A stretch of DNA of 64,000 nucleotides from contig CBDCJO010000002.1 in NCBI GenBank assembly GCA_965217865.1, positions 1,408,001 to 1,472,000 of the forward strand. Reading direction: 5' to 3'. The translations under genes were made by a program, and so were the position numbers. Numbering within the stretch: position 1 is the first letter of the stretch; each line of letters starts with the position of its first letter. The DNA is from Candidatus Latescibacterota bacterium. GTDB lineage: Bacteria; Latescibacterota; UBA2968; SICM01. Shown in pieces: positions 11,345-23,047 of this stretch. Under the pieces are notes generated by a model. The model was given only the letters and a program-made list of their open reading frames with translations. It was not told where the DNA came from and made no database searches.

Positions 11345-13185
11345 CTAGTCCTAAAATAAGCGAATAGGCTTGTTGAGCGGTGTGTTATACAAGATTTCGG
11401 AGCATTTCAGACTTGTGACTTGGTGGAGATGATGTCTGGGCTGTTTTTGTGATTGTTTCGGCATGCGATTGTCTAATTAACTGAGTTTGCGGACGTGTTT
11501 TAGCCGGGGTGGACGGACTTGTCCCTGTGATGTTACGACGACAGGTGCTGACATGGCAGTCAGGCCGGTTTGAGCCATCTGATTCTGTTCCAGGCCGGGA
11601 AGAAGTCAGTCATCCACCGGTTGTAGCCCAAGACACGATAGATGATCTGTCTTCCCCGGGTCACGATCTGGCAAGGGATCCAGATCAGATTCTGGAGGAA
11701 GGCGCGAAACTCCATTCTCAGAAGTTGATCGCGACGCTCACGCTTTCGGATCATCAACGCGAACCAGGCTTTGAGGTTCCACGCCAGGGCGGTCATGACC
11801 ATGTAAGCCCAGTTGCTCATCAGGTTGTCGACGGGCATCCGCATGGCGTTGACCCCGTTCTTGAGTTGTTCAATCACGTTTTCCTGATCGCACCGTCGAT
11901 TGGCCAGCCTCACGATTTCCGCGGCCGTAAGATCTTTTCGGGTGGTAATGTAGAAGAAACAGCGCTTGTCATCGAACAGGGCGTTTTCGCCGCGTTCGAC
12001 GCTCAGGTTCTTTTCGAGGATCACGAGTCGACAGGTCTTCTTGCATCGAGCAGGACGATACGAAACCCCGGCAACACGTTCACTGGCAAGTCGGATGTTT
12101 TTGAAGCCGCGCTCCCGGATGATCCGGGCTTTCACGTTCTCGCGTTTCTGTCTCTGGGAGGTCTTGACCTGGTATTTGGGTTGTCGTTCAAAGGGCTCCC
12201 AATCGCTCTGTGACAGGGATTTGGCGATCTTGACCAATCCTCTGTAAGCATCCATGCCGAAGACGAAGTCGACCTTTTCCGACCAACGATCGAAGTGCCG
12301 GGTGAGTGAGAAGCCGGTGTCTCCGCGCAGGCAGATGCGTTTGGCGAAAGGGGCGACCAGCGCGATGGCGCGATCGATCCACTTTACGGCACCGTCGTGG
12401 CTGGGCACATGGCCGGGTCGATTCACAAGAAACAACACCTCCCTGGTGTTCGCCAGAGAGACCACGAGAGGATGGTATCCCCAGATACCGTTGTATGACA
12501 GGGCCATGCCCTGCTTGCGTTCTCCGAGGGTGGTGGCCAGGGTGCCGTCGATGTCGATGAGGGCTTCTTTGAGTTCGCCCCTGGCGCGCTTTTTCCAGAT
12601 CCGGGTGCGCACCCGGTTGATGCAATCCATCAACGTCTCGATATCCGATGGCCGGAAACGACGTGTAAAGTCGCCTGCTGTGGTCGGATCCGGGAGACGC
12701 TGAGCGCCCAAAGCGTTCAGGAACGTGGCATCCTGCCGGCGCAGCTCAATGTCTTCAAGGCGTTGACCACCAACCAGCGCATTGTAGGCGATGTTCAGAA
12801 CGTGGTCTGATTCGTGATAGGGCAAATGCACTTTCAAAAGATGAAGATGACGGTCAATCTCTTTCACCAGCCCAACCCTGCGGACCATGTGGTGAAACGC
12901 GCCGATCCCCCCACACGTGATCGCCTCGGCCTTCCCACTTATCTCGTAGTGGATGTTTCCCCCAGACATCATAGGCTTGACCTGACTGCACCACTGCTTC
13001 CGACGCAAACGACGGACAATTCGTGCTTCCCTGTTCCGAAGAATCTTCCTGTATTCTCTCATCTGAAATGCCCCTTTTGATGGCCTCTTTTTGTCTTTCA
13101 CACTACAACTATAGGCCTGAAAACTGGGGCATTTCAACTTTTTTCTACTAAAACCAAGAAAAATTCACGCTTGTATAGGGACTAG
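11345..13185 (-). mobile_element. IS1380-family IS, copy 2 (transposase 11560-13062)
   Basis: Near-identical to 3552-5393, same orientation, CTAG flanks. Confidence 0.92.
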
Positions 13186-14498
13186 TGGCATTGATCCTAC
13201 CTAGAAGCCTGTCTGGGGTCACCGTTTGCCTCAGGCTGATCTGACTTATGCTGAAGACCGTAAGGGCGAGGCTGGTGGCTGCCTGCCCTGCAATTATAGT
13301 AGGCAGCTTCATGAAAGTATTTGAACTTGGATACCCCTTCCTTTGGAAGGGGAGGAAAAGTTTAGCTTGCTGAGGGTAAGCTAAAAGGCTGTTTTGTCCG
13401 TACCGTAGTCGAAAAGGTAACTTCTAAAGTGATCAGAGGATATATTCGGTTTCATCTTCAAGAGCAGAAAGGGCCCCTACAGTTGGATCTGTTTGGGGAG
13501 GGGAGTGGTTAATGCCCCGCCCTTTGGGCGGGGTGATTTACTGATCCGAGGTTTCCTGCAAACGGTATGGCAGCCATCCCGGCTGCCTCAAGTAGAGTCG
13601 CGAGAATCAACAGCCAACCTGGACCCATTAGCTTCCCGAGCGGAACAGCACACAGCGCGCCCACAATCGATGCACCTCCCGCGATCGAGCCGATGATTCC
13701 CAGCCAAATCGGCGTAATGTTCAAGGTGCGGACCAAGAAGAGAACCCAAACGGTACTTTGTACGGCTCCTGCCGCACTTGCGATGGCAGTGCCAATGGTC
13801 ATCGCTCTCAAGATGGGGTGTGTGAACAGAGTTACGATTCCTTCCTTGATGTCAGATAGCATTCCCAGGCTCTTCCTTGCCTTTACGATTTCCGTTTCAT
13901 CGAAACGCATCCAAAAAAAGAGCAGGCCTGAAACCAGAAATGAAATCGAATCCACAATTAATGCCAGGGGAGCAGTCAAGATGTCGACAAGAAAGCCAGC
14001 TGCTCCAGGTCCTGCTACCCCCGCAGTAGATGTGCTCAGCTGTAGTCTGGAATTTCCCTCAACCAAGTCCTCTCTTCCCAGGATGTAAGGCAGAAAAGAT
14101 GTCGAGGCCAAGACATGAAGCATCGCGAGCGTACCGCCAGCAAAAGAAATCACATACAACAACTCAATCGATAACCATCCAATGAGAGCTGCGGTAGGGA
14201 TCAATCCCAGTAGCAATCCCTGTCCAAACTGAGTTGCGAATAGGATAGGCTTCCTCTTGGCGCGATCAATCCATACACCGGCGAATAGAGCAAAGAGAAG
14301 CACATGTAGATTCTCTGCCGCTCTGAGATACCCCATCTCCTTCGCGCCAACTCGAAGTGTAATGACGGCAACGAGGGGCAGCGCAAGATTCGTGATGGCA
14401 GAGCCGAAGTCCGAAATGGTGGCTCCGCTCCAAAGCTTCGCGAAGTCAGAGTTTGACCGCGCCAGCCGGAAGAATCCCCCTTTTAAAGCATCACTCAT
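13186..14498 (-). pseudogene. MFS transporter interrupted by a 229-bp element and truncated by IS1380
   Basis: FAKLWSGATISDFGS, GVWIDRAKRK; removing 13313-13541 restores NLGS-MKLPTII...ISLRQTVTPDRLLGRINAT in frame. Confidence 0.85.
13313..13541 (+). mobile_element. non-autonomous IS200/IS605-type element (PATE-like), copy 1
   Basis: Identical to 59284-59512; follows TTCAT, no TSD; subterminal hairpins; carries the 3' tail of a Y1 tnpA. Confidence 0.85.
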
Positions 14499-14593
14499 AA
14501 GTAATATGCTCTTTGTTTCCGGGTCCTCGGACCCGGATCTTGTCCCCAACCGGAGTGGTCCCATGCCAGTAAGCGAGCTGGGGAAGTGTGCAG

Positions 14594-15157
14594 TTATTCG
14601 CCTGCAACGGTCATAACTTCAATTGCTTTCCGCAGGTACAGCACGTTATATGGAGACAATTTCAAAGAATTTATTTCATCAAGATTGATAAAATACGAAC
14701 CTTGCTCCCAATCTCCCTTTGACTTCCGACGGAGTCTAGGTTTGTCAGGTTGAGAAGTGAAAACCAGTTGAAAAAAGTCCGGGTATGGATATCTGTATTC
14801 TGCAGGTTTGGGGCTCATATGATGGAAATGCATGAATCCAAGCATTTGCGTCTGATTTATAGTCCAGCCTGCTTCCTCAAGGACCTCTCTTCGCAACGTT
14901 TCCTCAATTGATTCGTTTCCTTCACGGCGTCCGCCGGGTAATACATGAAAAGTGCCATCAGTGCTTTGGACAACAAGCACTGATTTGCCCATCAACAACA
15001 CGCATCTGACTGATGTCACGTATTCGAGAGGGGGCGGCTTATCACACACATAGGTTCTGATTCGGAGTTCTATACTACCATCTCCCCACGAGGTCAATTC
15101 CTCTGCTTCATACTTTTGGCCTTTAAGAAAAGCGGTTATTTCGGCATTCATGCTCAT
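14594..15157 (-). CDS. NUDIX hydrolase
   Basis: Nudix box GGRREGNESIEETLRREVLEEAG. Confidence 0.9.
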   Translation of the reverse strand: MSMNAEITAFLKGQKYEAEELTSWGDGSIELRIRTYVCDKPPPLEYVTSVRCVLLMGKSVLVVQSTDGTFHVLPGGRREGNESIEETLRREVLEEAGWTINQTQMLGFMHFHHMSPKPAEYRYPYPDFFQLVFTSQPDKPRLRRKSKGDWEQGSYFINLDEINSLKLSPYNVLYLRKAIEVMTVAGE

Positions 15158-15319
15158 TATAAAATGAAGGGTCCTTTAGAATCTTATATTTGGTTGCAGG
15201 CGTAAATCGACGTGTAGACCGATCGCGGTGCAGCCTATCTCAGGCGTAGGGGAAGGGTTGGCTGATGTTTGGGTAGGAGGGAGCCCTTCACCCAGGCTTA
15301 GGACGGACCCGACAGGGAA

Positions 15320-16630
15320 TCACTTTCGATCAACAGCCTTCCTGGCAGCGGCAAAAGCTAATTCGCTGATCGTTGGATGAGCTGTATAAATTGACGCGAG
15401 ATCATCTACTTTAGCCCTAACCTGAATGGCTAACGCGACGGGCGCCAGAAGGTCATTTGCGTCCGGCCCCACTGCAAGTCCGCCAATAATCTGCCCATTG
15501 CTCTCTAAACCGAGCCTTAGAAATCCGTTACCTCCGTCCAACAAGTGACTCTTCAGGACTTTCTCATATTGGATCTCCACCACATCTGCCGCTGTTCGGA
15601 TATTCCCTACCATCGAAACTTGAGGTTCGGTGTAGATGCCAAAAACAATGGTGTCCATGCGGAAAGGACTCGGACTAGCCCCCATTGCGTGCAATCCAGC
15701 TACTCGGCCTTGAGACATTGCCAAATTGGCTGATCCCAGATTGGCGCCATTGACAGCATAAACCTTGGGGTTTGTTGTCTGCAAAAATTCATTTACAGCC
15801 AATGATCCGTTCTGATTGGCCTCTAAATCAACTCCCTCCAGATTGAGGGTATCAATATCCGGTTTGTAAAAAAGCGACACAAACGCCATCGAGCTTTCAT
15901 GCCGAGTGCCATCATCTGTTGTGACAACCACTCCGCTTGGGGTTCGCGCTATCTTTTTTGCCAGAGGCCCTTGCCACAGCTTAACACCGCGATTCCCCAG
16001 AATATCAGCAAGATATTTCCCCGCGTCTGACGGAAAACCTGGTAATACGCCTTCCTCGGCCACCATCCAGATAACATCGACTCCCAGTTTGTTGAATATG
16101 AAGACATATTCTGCAGAAGGTGGTCCAGGCCCAATGACGATGATATCTTTGGGCAGAAACTTCAGATCCTGCAACAGGTGTGGCGCAATGATTCGATCGC
16201 CATCAGGTTCCAGCCCTGGCGGATAAAAAGGATATGCACCCGTAGCCAGGATAATTCCATCAGCTTCGATCTTATCTTTGATATTACCGTCGCGATCCTT
16301 CACCAGAACTTCAGCGGAAGAGCCGAAACTTGCCCTCCCTTCCACAATCTTGACTCCAGCCGCATGAAGGTCCGCTGCAACCATTTTACTCCAGTTCCCC
16401 GCCAAAGAACAAAAGTCAGACCAAACAGATTGCGGGTTCTTATCACGTTTGTTTTCTGCGGCACGGGCAGCATCGATCCAGGCCTTGCTGATCATCAAGG
16501 TTTCCCAGGTTGCGCGTCCCCCAACCGGACCATTACTGATCAAAATTGAGCGCCCGCCACTTACCGCAACGGTTCTGGCTGCCTCGATTCCACCGGGTCC
16601 GCCACCGATGATTACGATATGCTTTGCCAC
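15320..16630 (-). CDS. pyridine nucleotide-disulfide oxidoreductase (LpdA-like flavoprotein lacking redox Cys pair)
   Basis: GGGPGG FAD motif, ILATGA, C-terminal HPTISE; GGRATW replaces GGxCxxxxC. Confidence 0.85.
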   Translation of the reverse strand: MAKHIVIIGGGPGGIEAARTVAVSGGRSILISNGPVGGRATWETLMISKAWIDAARAAENKRDKNPQSVWSDFCSLAGNWSKMVAADLHAAGVKIVEGRASFGSSAEVLVKDRDGNIKDKIEADGIILATGAYPFYPPGLEPDGDRIIAPHLLQDLKFLPKDIIVIGPGPPSAEYVFIFNKLGVDVIWMVAEEGVLPGFPSDAGKYLADILGNRGVKLWQGPLAKKIARTPSGVVVTTDDGTRHESSMAFVSLFYKPDIDTLNLEGVDLEANQNGSLAVNEFLQTTNPKVYAVNGANLGSANLAMSQGRVAGLHAMGASPSPFRMDTIVFGIYTEPQVSMVGNIRTAADVVEIQYEKVLKSHLLDGGNGFLRLGLESNGQIIGGLAVGPDANDLLAPVALAIQVRAKVDDLASIYTAHPTISELAFAAARKAVDRK

Positions 16631-16737
16631 GTAGAAGCCTTCGTTTGAATTAGCCCATGCACTCTTGGGGTTACCCTACAACGTGCTAGATGAGATCTAC
16701 GGGGGGATAGGTAGTGATCTCTGGATACATACATCCA

Positions 16738-17995
16738 TTATTCAACAAAACTGATCCCAATTCCTGCGGAATATCCCTTCCTAATTTGCTCGCCTTCAAG
16801 AAATCCTGCTGTCTTATATCCGATTCGAAATGCCAGGCTTACGGATGGATGGCTTCTTCTTATCTTATAGAAAAGCCTTCCCGAAATTGTTCCTCCTAAC
16901 CCTGATCTACTATTGGTCGTGCGCGTTCTACCCAGTAGAAGTGATGGCTGATGCCACAATCCCAAACTTGAATCGAGAGAAATATGCTGGTTAGAGAATA
17001 AATTGTCTACATCGATGCCAAAACCCTCAGATCTGTGAAACGTAGAAATTCCGTGTCTAAAATAAGCGTTTATGACTCTTTGAGAACTTACAATGAAATT
17101 CACGAAATAAACCTCTGAACCGAAAGGCGTCAGGCCTAGCCGAAAGGAAGGCAGATATCGGATGCCTCGAATTCTAACCATCGGAACCTGTTGGTTCCCT
17201 TTGCCCTCCCATATATAAGCAACAAGAAAAGCATATGTTGAAATGAATTGAAACGGATTGAGTGCATTGATTAAAGATTGCTTTGTCAGGTCATCCAATG
17301 TCAACCTGGAATCCTCTTGCCTTTGGTATCCCTCGAGAGAATTAAGCGTTCTCAAATAAGCGATAATATCATTATTGGAAGAATTCAGCCTTCGCTGCTT
17401 TGTCCGTATGATATACCAGCTTAAATCGTTCGCGGAAAAGAGGTAGAAAACTGCTTCCCTATACTTGATGCTTCCTCGGTGCAGCCACTTGGAGCGAATG
17501 GATTTGGATAACTGCGTATTGGCTTCAGACCCTCCAATAATCACCATTATCCGCTCATGGGTTGTTATTGTTCTATTTGAGATGAGCCCCCCCGGAAATG
17601 GCATAACCATTCCCATTGCCATAGGGGGGGAACAGGCTCAAGCTATAGGAATTATTCTTATATCCAAATTCGCGATAACGTGAACCGTGTCCGAACACTT
17701 CATGCTGAGTCAAAATAGCCAGATGGTCAATAACGTTATCCAGCAGGACGGTTTTGCTCAACCTATAAAATATTCCGATCGCTTTGCGGCTCTTTTTGTC
17801 CTCCTCAAACCATCTTGGCTTGAGATATCTGTCCAACATAGAAGAAGTTCCGTATTGAAAGGCAATGAGATTCTCTGCGCCGATCTGAGTCGATTTCCTC
17901 CCATCTATCTCTACCAAATACCGCACCTCGGCAAGTGCTGTCCTGCATTGAAGAACAAAGACACATAGGATAAGGTAAAGAACTACATTTCTCAT
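16738..17995 (-). pseudogene. exported/outer-membrane hypothetical protein, frameshifted
   Basis: Signal-like N-terminus and HEVFGHG motif (17573-17995) continue in 16738-17622 after a shift near 17590-17630. Confidence 0.6.
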
Positions 17996-18026
17996 CGTAG
18001 ATGAAACACCGTCAGTTTTAATACCT

Positions 18027-19310
18027 TCAGTTCGTAATCTTCTCCAATTCCTGAAAATAACCCGGAAATGTTTTGTTCACGCAGCAAGGGTCATTAATGC
18101 GGATTCCAGGAGTCCTCAACCCGATCAATGAGAAACTCATCGCCATTCGGTGATCTTTATATGTGTCGATGGTCGATGGGGTTATTTTCGAGGGTGAGAT
18201 GGTGATTCCATCTGGGCGCTCGACCACCTTGACCCCCAGTTTAGTGAGTTCTGTTACCATCGCAGTTATCCTGTCGGTCTCCTGCCAGCGAGTATGATCG
18301 ATGTTGCGAATATTCACTTCACCTTCGGCAAACGGGGCTATCGCTGCCAGCGTAAGGGATGTGTCCGAGATCGCCTTCATATCTATGTCGATTCCTTTAA
18401 GCTTCCTGGCTCCGATCACTTCAATCCCATCTTCATATCGATTGACAGAACAACCCATCTGTTCAAGCACATCAACGAAATGAATGTCACCTTGCGCAGA
18501 ATTGGGGGATATGTTCTTGACGCGAACACGTCCGCCCGTGAGTGCGGCAGCGGCGAAAAAATACGACGCGTTTGAAGCGTCCGGTTCAATTTCATATGTA
18601 CGGGACTGGTAACACTGCCTTCCGGCAATTCGGAAGGTGCGGTAGTTATCGTGGTCGACTTCAATGCCGAAGGCCCGCATGACTGTCATCGTGATATCGA
18701 TGTATTGTGTTTTGAATTCACCGATCATTTCTATTTCGAGCCCGTCATCGCTGTAGGGGGCAGTGAGCATAAGAGAAGTAAGAAACTGGCTGCTCTTATT
18801 TGCGTTGAGTTGCGCCTTTCCTCCTTTGAACCCCTTCGCGCAAACGACAACAGGGAGGCGGCCGTTTGCAGATTTCGAGTAGGCATTCACGCCGAGTTGG
18901 CCAAGCACGTGAAGCAAATCCGAGATGGGACGACTATGGCGCATGGGCTCATCGCCGTCGATAACAAATGTTCCGTTTCCAAGAGTGACATAGGTGACCA
19001 GTGAACGGGCAGCAGTCCCCGCATTTCCGATGTAGAGTTCCGCCCCACTAACCGGTATTTTCCCACCATTGCCTATAACCTCAAAGCTGCAGGACTTTGA
19101 GTCTGCAACCACTGAGACCCCGAGGGTCTTCAATGCGTCGGACATGAATCTAGTGTCTTCGCTGAAGAGCGCACCATTCAGTTGCGATTTCCCTTTTGCA
19201 AGGGCAGCGACAAGCAGTGCCCGATTGGTGAAACTCTTTGAACCGGGAACTGTTACAACTGCGTCAAGAGGTGGCTGGAGAGGCTGAATTTCGATTGAGC
19301 TAGCGTTCAA
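18027..19310 (-). CDS. aroA: 3-phosphoshikimate 1-carboxyvinyltransferase (EPSP synthase)
   Basis: PGSKSFTNR, GNAGTAAR, SSQFLTSL, ETDRI, DHRMAM, KTFP motifs. Confidence 0.95.
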   Translation of the reverse strand: MNASSIEIQPLQPPLDAVVTVPGSKSFTNRALLVAALAKGKSQLNGALFSEDTRFMSDALKTLGVSVVADSKSCSFEVIGNGGKIPVSGAELYIGNAGTAARSLVTYVTLGNGTFVIDGDEPMRHSRPISDLLHVLGQLGVNAYSKSANGRLPVVVCAKGFKGGKAQLNANKSSQFLTSLMLTAPYSDDGLEIEMIGEFKTQYIDITMTVMRAFGIEVDHDNYRTFRIAGRQCYQSRTYEIEPDASNASYFFAAAALTGGRVRVKNISPNSAQGDIHFVDVLEQMGCSVNRYEDGIEVIGARKLKGIDIDMKAISDTSLTLAAIAPFAEGEVNIRNIDHTRWQETDRITAMVTELTKLGVKVVERPDGITISPSKITPSTIDTYKDHRMAMSFSLIGLRTPGIRINDPCCVNKTFPGYFQELEKITN

Positions 19311-19376
19311 TTAACTTTACCTCGCTAATGTAACGCGGGTACAACCAGATGTTTTCTTTGGTTTTCCACGGGTTCC

Positions 19377-19703
19377 TAAGCCCAGGATTCCGACTCTGAC
19401 TCCGTTAACGTTCTTAATCAGGTAAGGCGGAAAAATCGAGCCGCCGTGATGCCTGTAAGTCACGGTTGCGTGGACAAATGGTGTGCTCACGCGGGCCGTT
19501 TGGCGTTGTAAATTATCAATGCCGAAGTAAAAATCTCCATTACCCGGTGTAATCGCATCAACGCCCATTTTCTCGAATGCAAGTAAATTAACGTGACCAC
19601 CATAGTATACTGTGACTGGGTCTCCACGGGAAAAAATGTCTCCAGCGTGCAGAAACAGAACGTTCTTGGGGTTCTCCTGACGGATGTTTTTAACCAGTGA
19701 GGA
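19377..19703 (-). pseudogene. 5'-nucleotidase/metallophosphoesterase, middle segment (inverted relative to its continuation)
   Basis: LFLHAGDIF, DAITPGNGDFYFG, VRVGILG motifs. Confidence 0.8.
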
Positions 19704-19706
19704 TAG

Positions 19707-21232
19707 CAGCCCGTTGAAGAACTACCTTTCAACGCACATAGACGGAAAAGACGCCTGGAGTGCGGGTCAGATAAATCAAGGTAAGGAGATTGAGCAGGAG
19801 ACGCTGATAAGAGGTTAAAAAGGTGACCGAGGGCAGCAAACGTGATTGTAGGACGAGCAGTAGACGCTGCAAGGCCTTGGCCAGGTCCTGGAGGGCCTTC
19901 GGAGTACCTACGCCCATCACTTTGCGCATGAGCAGAGCCAGGTTGCAGCCCCCGATGTGGATCAGCAAACGCTTGAGGATATTGCCGCGGTCTCTCAAGT
20001 GCAACCTGCGCATGCCACCGGTATCATATGTGTGAGCGATGGTTCTTTCCACCCGTTCTGCACGACTTCGGCGCAAGGCCTTGCCGCGATCTCCCTTGAT
20101 CCGGCGTCGATTCGCATATACCGCGGCCTGCTCATCTCGTCGGCCGTTCCACTTGCGGCGTCCCCGATCCGGTTCTGAAATGTAACTCCGGATGCCGCCT
20201 TGCTTCAGACTGGTCAATACATCGTTGCTATGATATCCTTTGTCCGCAACCACCTCCCGTATACGCTGTCTGTGCAAACGTTTGGCAGCTTTTTCGTCCT
20301 TCGCGACCTGCTTGAGATTGAGCTGCGCCTCGAGCAGCGTCCAGGGCAACGACTCGGTATCTCCTTCATCTGCTCCCGACAACGCCACTGCCACAATGGC
20401 ATTGGTGTCCAGATCCACCGCGTGCTCCACCTTGTGCGCCATGTGCGTGCGACCGTCCTTCATCTTAGCGATCTTGGCATCCGGGTCGTGCGGGTGCTCC
20501 CAGTCCTGGTTCGATCCCTTCTTCGGTCGCTTCTTATCGATCTTGGACAAGTCCTCGCGGGTAGGCGTTTCAATGCCCGAGGCCTTGGCCAGATTCTCAA
20601 GGAATGCCTGGTAGCCTTCACCCGTGTCACGGCGTACAATGCTGCGCATCGCGGCGTTGGCCTCCAGTGTCGTAGCATCCACGCCCAACGTCTTCCCCTT
20701 CACCAGACCCGCTTTGCACAAGACCCTCAGGATCCACTTGAAAACCGCTTCGTGAACTTCCAAGGGAAGCCGATGCCGGATGCGAGACAGGCTGGAATGA
20801 TCCGGGGTCTGTTCGTCAAGGGCATACCCCAAAAACCGGCGCAACGTCAGCGAGTCAGATACACGCCATTCGATCCCACGTTCCGAATCAAGTCCCTCGA
20901 AATACCCAATCAAAAGCATCCGAAAATAAACCCCGGGCGGAATGCCCTTGCGACCCATATGAGGAGCGTAATACCGCTGGCAAAGCCCCTCGACGAACTC
21001 GTCGAAGCCGTTCGCCCCCAATACCTGATTCAGCTTCTCGTAGAACGGATGACCCGGAGATTTCACCAAAGTGTTCGATGCGATGAACAGGTTTTCCTGT
21101 CTCTGTCGTCCTCGTTTTCCCATTGCCATTTGCTCGTCCTCCCTTCTCAGTTTGAACCTGATATATCATAGGACCAAACCACAAGGAAAGACAACAGTCA
21201 TCTTGGCATAAACGCACTTTTTCAACAGGCTG
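19707..21232 (-). mobile_element. IS1182/IS5-like IS, copy 2 (transposase 19729-21129)
   Basis: Reverse complement of copy 1; flanks do not match (CTAA vs CTAT in element orientation). Confidence 0.92.
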
Positions 21233-21850
21233 TTAGGTTTGATTAGGACTCATCATCATTCTTCCCAGAAGTTGGAATTAGGAAATCCTATTGAAATCGC
21301 CAAAAAGTTTGTGCCTGAGCTGAAACCCAAAGTTGACTTCCTCATAGCGCTCACGCATATCGGCGTTAAAAACGACACTTTGCTGGCAAAAGCCGTTCCC
21401 GAACTGGACCTGATTGTGGGGGGAGATTCCCACACACAATTAGACAGTCCATTGCGTTTTCCCCGGGCCGATGGCAAAGGTGAGGTGGCGATCGTACAGG
21501 CACGTCATTACTTTGAATTTCTGGGCCGGGTCGATATAAAACTTGATAAAACGGGGGATCATTACGCTGTTGCCAAAGTCGATGGCCAATTGATTCCGAT
21601 TGACGCGAAGATAAAACCAGATCCGGAAATCGAAGCCCTGCAAAAACGGTATGGGGATCCGCTCGACGAGGTAATCTGCAGAACGGAGGTTGATTTGCCC
21701 AATTCGGGAGGAAAATCTTCTCCGTTAGGGGATCTCGTGGCCAAGGCCGTTCACAATCAAACACGAGCTGACCTGGCCATCCTCTATGGCAATTCTAGTT
21801 TCCCCGGGCTTAAAGTCGGGGATATCAGGCTTTCGGATGTGAGCCCTTAG
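21233..21850 (+). pseudogene. 5'-nucleotidase downstream segment, truncated
   Basis: IALTHIG, DLIVGGDSHT, SPLGDLVA motifs. Confidence 0.8.
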
Positions 21851-22642
21851 TTTCTCCTCGCTTCAAACATGCCCATTTCCTTTGGGATATAAACTTCACC
21901 TTTCAAGGCAATTTCTTCTTGGATCATCCTTAAAAATCCCTCCGGTTTCTCCTTCAAAAGGTCGGAACGCCCCGTGGATATGGCATAAGCAACAAGCGGT
22001 TCCGCTTCTGTAACTCTCAGGCCATCGGCGACGTAAAGTGACTTGTCCAAAATACTTAGATAGCCTCTCGGTGCCATTCTCAAGCCCGAATATATCCGAT
22101 CCTAAATTCTTTGTGTTGGAACCTGGATCGAACCTTTGTATCAGTCCTCGAGCCTCCTGCATATGAGTTCTGCCCGCCGTAGTAGCGTAGAAGTATCCTC
22201 CATATTTTAGAACTCGATAAATTTCAGAAAGCGCTTGTCCTAGTTCGGGTATGTGATGCAGAACTTGATTTGCTATGATCACATGAAAACTTTCATCTTC
22301 CAATGGTATAGAGCGAGAATCAATCACTCGGAATTTGAAGCGGTGATGAATTTCTGCAAGATTCCTTTTTGCTTCTTCCAGTATTCCAATGGAAAAGTCT
22401 GAAAGAGTAATGTCCCAACCTTCCGGAATGCGATCTTTGTTTTCGACCCAAAGTGCTCCCGTCCCACAACCCAAATCGAGAATACGACATTCAGAAGGAA
22501 GATTGAACTGATCAAATACCCAGAGTTTCCATTCATATTTATTTACACTAAAAAGCTTATGAATCTTACCCCGAGCTTTAAGATTCGAAGCATCTTTATA
22601 TTGGGATTCCAATAGATTATCAGAACTATTCGTGTTGGGCAT
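21847..22642 (-). pseudogene. class I SAM-dependent methyltransferase, frameshift near 22030
   Basis: ILDLGCGTG; the C-terminus (DGLRVTEAEPLVAY...GMFEARRN) is in another frame. Confidence 0.8.
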
Positions 22643-23047
22643 AATATTCTTCCTCAAGTCAATCCGCGAAATCATCCTTAGATTCTGTCATAATTTCAAT
22701 AACTTAGAAAAGCTCGTCCAGGCCGTGAACCCGCGGAGTTCCTTGAAACCCGACGTCCTCCAAATGGCGCAACAGGGAGTGAATGGCGGCGGTCCATCGG
22801 TTGACGGGTCTCCGTATCGTATCGCCGATGCGGACGACGGCGTTTACACTGCCATTGTCGGAATGACCATCTTCCAGCATCGAGTACAGACTCCCAATAA
22901 TATTGATTAATGGGCTTATTCCAGGAATTCTCTACTTTGAGGGAATTGCCCCAGGTACAGTGGACTCACTCCGCCAGCCGATTACGGTGGCACTATCCCT
23001 CCCTTTATTTTTACGCATGTGCTCGAGTGCCCTTTCAATTGTCTGCA

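Noticed and set aside
13313-13541. 229-bp repeat as a TnpB omegaRNA or riboswitch
   Set aside because: No tnpB nearby; the interior matches a tnpA tail and the insertion signature explains it.
22680-22710. TAAGTTATTGAAAT-type motif (also ~47221) as attI or an integrase arm site
   Set aside because: Too short and degenerate, with no adjacent recombinase.
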